Below, piece by piece: positions 55,939 to 64,000 of a DNA stretch of 64,000 bases. How positions within the stretch are numbered: position 1 is the stretch's first letter; every line of letters starts with the position of its first letter. Under the pieces are notes generated by a model, which was given only the letters and a program-made list of their open reading frames with translations, searched no databases and was not told the origin of the DNA. The position numbers were made by a program, and so were the translations under genes. The stretch comes from Octopus sinensis (lineage: Eukaryota), in NCBI RefSeq assembly GCF_006345805.1, contig NC_043015.1:21328001-21392000 (forward strand), given 5' to 3'.

Positions 55939-58792
55939 AGTTCTACTACCACCATCATCAATGCTACCATCACCACCACCACTACCACGGCTATCACCAT
56001 TACCTCTACCACTTTCATACAATTACCATCGTAGACTTATATTCATATAGGTCCATTTACCATTTGCATCTTCGCATTTTTATCATTTTCGCACATACGT
56101 TTCTATACATACATACAAATGTAATCATATATATGCATACACATATACTTAGATAAAACTCATGTATACACTTACAGACAGGCAGACAGATAGTCAGGCA
56201 GACATACATATATATAGGAGCGTGCACTGGAACACACATGATTAGTTATAAGGAATATGTCTAGTGGCAACATCGATTTCTTAATAAGGGCAGAATGCCA
56301 GTATTCGTGTGTATTTAGTTAATAGTTTATTATATCGACTGAATTCCACTTCACTGTTCCTTCGTTTTATCGATATCGGAATGATGAAATGCAAAGTCGG
56401 CGTCGCAGAAATACGTAGTTGAGAACTTTAAGGGACGTAACTAAATAAACAAAATGTTTATTATACCATCAAACGAGTTTGCCAATTCGTTATTATTTAA
56501 CCGTAATTTCCATCATAGACACAAAGCAGACATTTTTGTCGAAAGTTCGCTCAATTCACCATTTTCCTGCGAAAGTTAATTTCATGGTTATTCAAATAAT
56601 GATGTCAAATATCTACAAAAGAAAATAAAAGAGAAAACAGAAGCGAAAAGCAAACAAAGAAAAATAAATGGTATTTTCTGAATAAGCATGTCACTTCTAA
56701 ACAGAAAATGGTTTCAAACATGACATCCCTCAATAAAAGATAAATTGGTTTATAAAACTGCTTTTTGCAGTAAAGGGTTATGCAATTTTGAATGGATGTA
56801 TATGATTTCTGCTGTAAAAGACTAAATGATCAACGTGAACTCAGAAGGTAATTGTTTGCCGCTCAACCAGTTTACGTCAATCTTAAGATAGACAACTCTG
56901 CGAGCAAAATTACCATAATCACCACCTTCAAGAACGTCAGGATCTTCCACAACGTTTCCTTGAAAAACATGGAAAAGCGACTATTTGATCTCCCAACCTG
57001 TTGGAAAATAGCAACAAATCTGTCTCCTGTTGACACTCGTCTTACGAAATGGAGAGAGCGTATCTTTTCTCAAATTCAGCTTCTGATACAGTTCCGTTAA
57101 TCTTCCGTCTTCAATTAGGACGATTTTATCGACCCTGAAAGAACGAAAGACAAAGTTGACCTCTGTGGTAGAGATACATTGTCCGTCGTTCTAACAGTTC
57201 TGTAGATCGATTTATGAAATGTATATAGAGAAAAGCCGAGAAATATTGATGGCAAGAGAAAGATTTATTAAATGCACTTTAACACCCAACAGATATTTAA
57301 TCGGCAATAAATATTAATTTTGAAGTACGATTAATAATATTTGGAAATATTACAATTTCATCTTAAATAAATTCTTCTTATTCGTAGTTTTACAATTTCA
57401 TATATTTAGGTACATAGAATAATTAAAATATTTCGTGAAAGTCGTTTGTAACGCATAACTCTCTTTACATCAACGATACACATCCGGTATCAGGAGGCAC
57501 ACTTCCTCTCCAACTATATTCTTCTGTATTTACAGAAAACAAATGTGCAATATCTGATGTAGTTCCACATACTTTTAAAAATACTAACTGCTCAATGCAA
57601 GAAAAGGCTTTAAAGTAAACAAATCCACAGTAATCTCTACAAAGAAATAACATTTTCATATCAGTCAAAACAATACGAACATTGCACATGATTTTTACAT
57701 ATGTTTTATCAGGCACACAAAGCAAGCTACCCTTTTAAGACAAACGCTATTTGCTTGGTATGAATAATAGAGCAGAAAACTGAATTCACTGAATTAAATA
57801 GAAAGTCTTTTGTAGATATGAATGTACGTCTGGAGGTGGATGACGAGTTTAACATTATGAATAGCGAATGAAGATGACAATCGGACGCACTTTAAAATAA
57901 TATTTTGAATTTAAATTGAGAGTCCTATGATTCCTTCAAATCAAAGAGCATTTCGAACTTCAACGTACCCCACAGATACTTTACATTGGTCTCTTCGGAT
58001 ATTTTTATCAACAGTGTTTATATTATGAAACAACTTCAGAGAATTTTGGCAATATTTGCAAATCATTACTCGATCAAAGCTTGAGATTGCAATATCAAAT
58101 GTTTGCAGCTCGATCGCTGGTTGAAATAGTTCAGGTTTGTTTTGTGAATGTACGGCATCAAACTACATATAATTTGCCCAATACCTTATTTTACTGTATA
58201 CAAGATTAGTCGCAAGTATTGTTTTCAATAAATACAAAGTTTCTACACTTCAGATATCAATAAATTAGGGTACCCATTCACATACTACTCAGTAGTACCG
58301 AAGGATAATATATCGCCAGGGGATATGCAGGCTGACCAGACTACGTTAAGGCTCGCAAACGAAACTTAAACGCTCAGTGCTTGTCACTCACTCCTTTTCA
58401 AAATCTGGATTTCTGTAGGATTGTGGAGAGGAATCTAACCATCAATAAATGATTTTGAAACGGCAGAAAAACAATAGGGTGCTACGTCAGAGTGGAGCAA
58501 CAATTGCGGAGTAAGGTAAGACATTTTGATGACACTCGGCGTTCAAATGATCCCAGTCATGTCTCTAATTAACTCAGCCAAACTCACTATAACCCGAATT
58601 CTGTCCGAATCAAGAATCGAATAAGATGAATCTACAGCGAACCAGTGGACGTTAATTGCAGACGGCGGTACATGACTGCACCTAACAAAAGAATCTCTAT
58701 CATTGGATTCATCGTTCTGAAGCGAGAGAAACTAACGATCTTCTGTGATCTGTAAAGTGGGCTCCGCCGTTGTTTCTAATAGTTAAAAAAAT

Positions 58793-59181
58793 GAATTCTA
58801 CCAGGTATAAGTAACAGAGTATACAAAGCGAAGGAAGGATAAGTATATTTGAACAAACATACACACACACACACACAGAGCCTGATTCCCAGTTTCCTTG
58901 GCGTATATGTTCCCCAGCTGGATGGGACACCGGTCCGTCGCAGGTGAGATGCAAGATGTAGGAGGAAATAGTGAGAGAAAGTTGTGGCGAAAGAGTCAGC
59001 AGAAGTTCGCCATTACCTTCTGCCGGAGCCATGTGGAGCTTAGGTGCTTCGCTCATAAACACACACATCACTCCGTCTGACGTTCGATCCCGCGATCACT
59101 CGACCGCAAGACCGTTGCTCTAGCCACTAGGCCATGTGCCTCTACACACACACACACACATACACACACATACACACACAT

Positions 59182-59230
<49 letters not shown>

Positions 59231-59297
59231 CGTGTGTTTATATATACCTGTCCTTCATTCGGTTTGTATATTCTGCTACTTAAACCTAGTAGAATTC
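58793..59297. mobile_element. ~58-bp imperfect inverted repeats enclosing a SINE and microsatellites
   Basis: gaattctaccaggtataagtaacagagtatacaaagcgaaggaagga versus tccttcattcggtttgtatattctgctacttaaacctagtagaattc. Confidence 0.65.
58880..59145 (-). mobile_element. tRNA-derived SINE related to family C
   Basis: Reverse-complement head gtagaggcacatggcctagtggctagagc...gggatcgaacgtc; body gagaaagttgtggcgaaagagtcagcag...ctgccggagcc resembles 40900-40980. Confidence 0.8.
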
Positions 59298-60469
59298 TCT
59301 TTCTTATATATATATATATATATTATATTATATATATATATATATATATATGCGTATATATACATATGTAATATATATATATATGCATACATTTATACAC
59401 ACACACATATACATATATACATACACACACTCACACACACACACACATATATATTACATATATATATATATATACGCATTCATATATATATTATATGGAT
59501 GATATATTTATATAAATGCACGTATACATAAATATGTATGTAGCATATATATATATACATGGTACCTAGCCAGTACTAGCTTAGTATGTGTTGGTGTGCC
59601 TTTATTCTACGAGATTCTATAAGTATTCTCTCTATATATATTTCTACATACACACACACACGCGCGCGCAATTTGTACGTACGTATTTATCTACTCATGT
59701 ATGGAAGCGTAGACATAAACACATACAACGTGAGGGGATGAGAGAGTCTCTAATGGTAGCAGCGATACCATTACGTTGTCGGCATCTGATTGTCTCTTAA
59801 CTCAAACACACATACGCCTTTTCTTCTCTCTTTTTGTCTTTCTTCCTTTCCTTTCCTTATCTCTGTCCTGCACTCATGCGAGTACACACTCACAGGTACG
59901 CACTCACACGTACATAAACATATATTAATGAACAGAGAGAGAGAGGTAGAGAGAGAGAGAGAGAGAGGAAGGAGGAGTGAAGAGACAGGCAGGTGTAGAA
60001 GGAAAGAAATGGAAAGATGTTGAATGAGAGAGTTCATATGGTATATAAATGACCAGTAACCTATATCGGGTTATTGGTCATCTCTCTCTCTCCCAGCCAT
60101 TGTCGACGTCAGGAAATCACAAAAGCCAGCATTATTATTAAGTAGAGAGGATGAAATGAGGAATAACCCCTCTGTTGCATTTACGGTTCATTGCAACCTG
60201 ACACTGCTTCTGTGATTGTCTAAATACACACACATACACGCACGTATACACACACACAGCTATGTGGACACATACGCACGAGAACATACACATACGCACA
60301 CACAAACATACACAGAGACACACATAGAAACGTACACGCATATGCAGATAGTCACATTCACATATGCGGGAATACAGATCGAAAGAATCAGACATCGACA
60401 AATACTTTAAACATTTACGCATACTGCATAACACGCGTATCTCATAGCCTATCTGTCTGTCTACGTATC

Positions 60470-60580
60470 TATTTACCTACCTACCTACCTACCTACCTAC
60501 CTACCTACCTACCTACCTACCTACCTATCTACCTACCTACCTACCTACCTACCTACCTACCTACCTACCTAACGACCTAC

Positions 60581-60669
<89 letters not shown>

Positions 60670-60730
60670 GCTAGCTAGCTAGCTATCTACCTACCTACCT
60701 ACCTGCCTACCTACCCACCTACCCCATTCA

Positions 60731-60769
<39 letters not shown>

Positions 60770-60780
60770 TTATCTACTTT
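60470..60780 (+). repeat. Compound (ACCT)n/(ATCT)n array
   Basis: Seen directly. Confidence 0.95.
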
Positions 60781-60877
60781 CTTCCTGCCTACCTAAGATT
60801 TGAATAAGAAGTATTCATTAGGCCTTTCGTCCCTTATAGAAATACCCTATGAATTATTTTTTATCAAATATCCCTAC

Positions 60878-60915
<38 letters not shown>

Positions 60916-61133
60916 CAGAAATGGAATTAAACGCAGGTGTTTTAAAAATGTTTATACTTCCGACATATGTTTCGAAGAAAACATTGATATTCTTCCAGAG
61001 GGAATAAAATAACATCCTTGGTACATATTTATTTCTTCCGTGTTATTTGTACACCTTGAAAATTCACACACACACAAATGTAAGTCACAATATATCGGTT
61101 CATGTAATGCAGTAGTACTTATATATATATATC

Positions 61134-61167
<34 letters not shown>

Positions 61168-61499
61168 AACACAAATATATATATTAATATATGTGTGTAT
61201 GTTGTGTATGTGTAGCTCCGGGGACATAAGAAAATATCGCACACACATACACAAAGTATGTGTTTTGCTAGTTCGTGCGTAGGCTGCGCTTACAGGAGTA
61301 AGAGAATATATTCACCTGGAAGTCGTAGATAAACGAGATAACTCGCATCAGATGCCATTGTGGGATGACGGACATGGATATCTCGTCATTATTGTGACTT
61401 GTCAGCCCCGCATACTCGAACGAGGCCCGATGCAAGATAAATCGCAGAATGGCACGCATTGTCATTAAGCTGCTGCTTTATAATTGCTTCAAACTGTGT

Positions 61500-61612
61500 T
61501 CAACTGGTACTTATGCAAATCTGAGTCAGCCTCGATCGAATTTGAACTCAAAACACAAAGAGCCGGAAGAGATGCCGCTAAGCATTTTGGACGATGTGGT
61601 AATGATCCTGTC
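61500..61612 (-). mobile_element. Internally deleted SINE family B fragment
   Basis: aactggtactt...gaatttgaactca...gccgctaagcattt. Confidence 0.6.
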
Positions 61613-62613
61613 AGATTGCTACCTTATGTTGCTGTTTTGCTTGACAACATCAAGGACTTGTCAGTAAAATGCGAGGAGACGTAGGAATTTTATGAAGGAT
61701 GAAAGAATATTACTGAGGATATGATATTCTTTCAGTGTCTGACATTCTACAGAAAACATTATAGGTAATCAGCAATTAGTGGCAGACTGTCTTCTCGCCA
61801 TAGAATTTACAATGGCATTCTCTATTTGGGTTGAATATTTGTCAATGAAGCCACCATTGTCATCTGCTCACTTTCTGTCTAACAGTAAATATCGTGGACA
61901 ACGTTATTTCAGCAATGTTTTATATAATGTCTCTATATATTCAATTAACATTTATTCGCCATGTAATGTATTTCACTGCACATCTCGAAATATCTGCGTT
62001 TCAAATGTCTCACAGATAATTTTCTTGTATAGCGTGTTGTTTCCTAGCTTTTACACACTCGTCGTCTCTTGTTTCAAATACAATTGTTTATGTGTTCTAA
62101 TATAGAAAACAATTTTGTACCCTCAGATAATTTGTTTCCTCCTTCATTTGTAAATTCTAAATACGTTTTGTTTCTCTTAAATTCTCCAACAGTTTATTTG
62201 ATTTTATATCCAAGATGGCTGCAGTAGTTCTTTACACAATTTCTAAGTCGAGAAGACACTTAAACGCTCATATATAATGTCAGGTTTAATTAAACTATAA
62301 ATTAAAGTATGTGGAGAGTATCGTAAAGATAGATTATAATAATTGAGGATTTTACGATAACGTATAGCATATGACATTGTGTATCGCTATAACGACGAAG
62401 AGAAAAATAAAACTTTAGATGTCGCTGTATTTAGATTATATTACTGTAGGTAATACAATATGCTTAACTATCTGTCTTTCTGTCTGTCTATTGGTCTACT
62501 TGTCACTCTCTGTCTGTTTCGCTGTGCTTGTACGCATGCGCTTTTACCTATGTGTCACTGAATGAATTGAGTGTCACAACATAAATTTTGTGATACCATT
62601 TGTATCATAAAAC

Positions 62614-62686
62614 GGGCATATGGCGTCGTGGTTAAAAGCGCGGGCTACAAAATCTCAAGATTCCGAGTTCGATTCCAAGCAGTGAT

Positions 62687-62720
<34 letters not shown>

Positions 62721-62903
62721 TAATAATAATAATAATAATAATAATGATGACATCGAAAAATACCTTAGGAATGAGAACCCAGGTGCGAAATTTTCCCAAG
62801 ACACCTGATGAAAGTTGGCGGGTACATCAGCCGAAACGTTGTGTTAACAACAAACAAGATGAGGACAAATATCCGCCAAATGTAAATTATGTAAATAATG
62901 TAC
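62614..62903 (+). mobile_element. tRNA-headed short element: A/B boxes + (AAT)n + hammerhead motif + tail
   Basis: A box tggcgtcgtgg (62621-62631), B box gagttcgattcc (62665-62676), (AAT)n 62690-62745, then a segment homologous to 11123-11277. Confidence 0.7.
62800..62845 (+). ncRNA. Minimal type I hammerhead-ribozyme-like motif with canonical core
   Basis: gacac-CTGATGA-a-agttg(gcgggtacat)cagcc-GAAA-CGTT-gtgtt. Confidence 0.7.
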
Positions 62904-63877
62904 CTTTTGCATTAGACATTGGATATAGGCACAACAGAAATACCTATATTTGGAAGCGGAATTGTCTACATTGTATGCTGGGTTTTGGCAAAAGGTAAAA
63001 GCTAACAAATTCCAGAAAATATGCTATTTCACGCATGCAAAATATATTTTATTTAAACCAGTTAACTCGTAAATATTTTATTACATTTATCACATAGACA
63101 TAAATATTTTTAACTTAATTGCTTTATTAACATATGTGCCTTCGCTCAGATTATGGTGCCCCATGACGGGTGGAGAGCCAGATATGTATGAATTGAAAAT
63201 AAGACGGACATATTGCCATTTTTAACGAAACGAAGATATTTTAACCAATTTGAATATGTCCAGATTCTTGGTTAAAAATATTAGAAATATACAGATACAA
63301 ACTAATTTCTTCTATAAAGGAACTGTTTGTGGATGGGAGCAACTGTTTCGCTCATTTTTCAAGGGATAAGGTCTGATATTTGTCTGCTTTAGAATTCCTC
63401 AAGTAAATGACATATTAACCTATAATGTTCCTTTCATATACAATTCCAACGAGAAAGAACCGCTACAAGTGTCAGGAAAGTTATTAATATTTCTATATTA
63501 TACAAACACACACGCACGCACGAACACGCTCACACATACACACATATGTATATATATATTTTCCTTTTGAAAAACTGAATTGCAGGTGCATATAGATCTC
63601 CCACGGTAGGTGAATGTAGGGCTGCCAGATTTTCTTTGAAGATGAAGAAAAAAATAAGTGATAGTAATTAGATTTTCTGATATATTCTCAATCCCATATG
63701 AGTGTTTTAACCTTTAATTTTTAGTCTCTCCTTCTTCTGCCAAAAGTATTTCGGAGTTAATTAAATAACAGTTTGAAAATCAAATTGCTTTATTATAGAT
63801 CATTGGCAATTTATAAAACATCACGAACACTCAGCGGAACGGCAACCACATACATGCCCATTACGTACTCACGCAAG

Positions 63878-63879
<2 letters not shown>

Positions 63880-63937
<58 letters not shown>
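63880..63937 (+). repeat. (CA)n microsatellite
   Basis: Seen directly. Confidence 0.95.
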
Positions 63938-63940
<3 letters not shown>

Positions 63941-64000
63941 ACGCGCACACACAGAGGCGTACGTATTAACAACTTCCTTTCAGTGTTGCTCGGGTTGTTT

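Noticed and set aside
61268-61890. Protein-like short frames (RASFEYAGLTSHNNDE; ADDNGGFIDKYSTQIENAI)
   Set aside because: No recognisable homology and inconsistent splice signals.
62614-62690. Functional tRNA gene
   Set aside because: A and B boxes are present, but there is no 3' acceptor-stem complement to GGGCATA; treated as a SINE head.

Overview
AT-rich eukaryotic intergenic or intronic DNA. The SINE families and the (TA)n/(CA)n/(CTAT)n/(TAA)n load point to an octopod cephalopod (inference). No host gene can be identified with confidence, and most ORF-track entries are microsatellite translations. The real coding remnants all come from transposons: a decayed HERO-type RLE non-LTR retrotransposon (~7.6-11.1 kb, minus), a young near-complete Neptune-type Penelope-like element (PLE) with RT, GIY-YIG and ~930-bp pseudo-LTRs (33.5-38.8 kb, plus), stacked R4/Dong 3' fragments (26-28 and 44-45 kb), and a mariner/maT transposase fragment (45.4 kb). 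About a dozen tRNA-derived SINE copies from three families and many foldback/MITE elements are present, mostly inside (TA)n. The most interesting signals are five minimal type I hammerhead-ribozyme-like motifs in two families. One family follows a tRNA-like Pol III head (a possible ribozyme-bearing SINE); the other lies in PLE termini and shares a CUGUNGA core variant. Also notable are a non-coding ~570-bp element family with terminal direct repeats, a strand-biased TGATCG island (17.4-19.0 kb), and several long palindromes. Coordinates were read by eye and may be off by a few bases.
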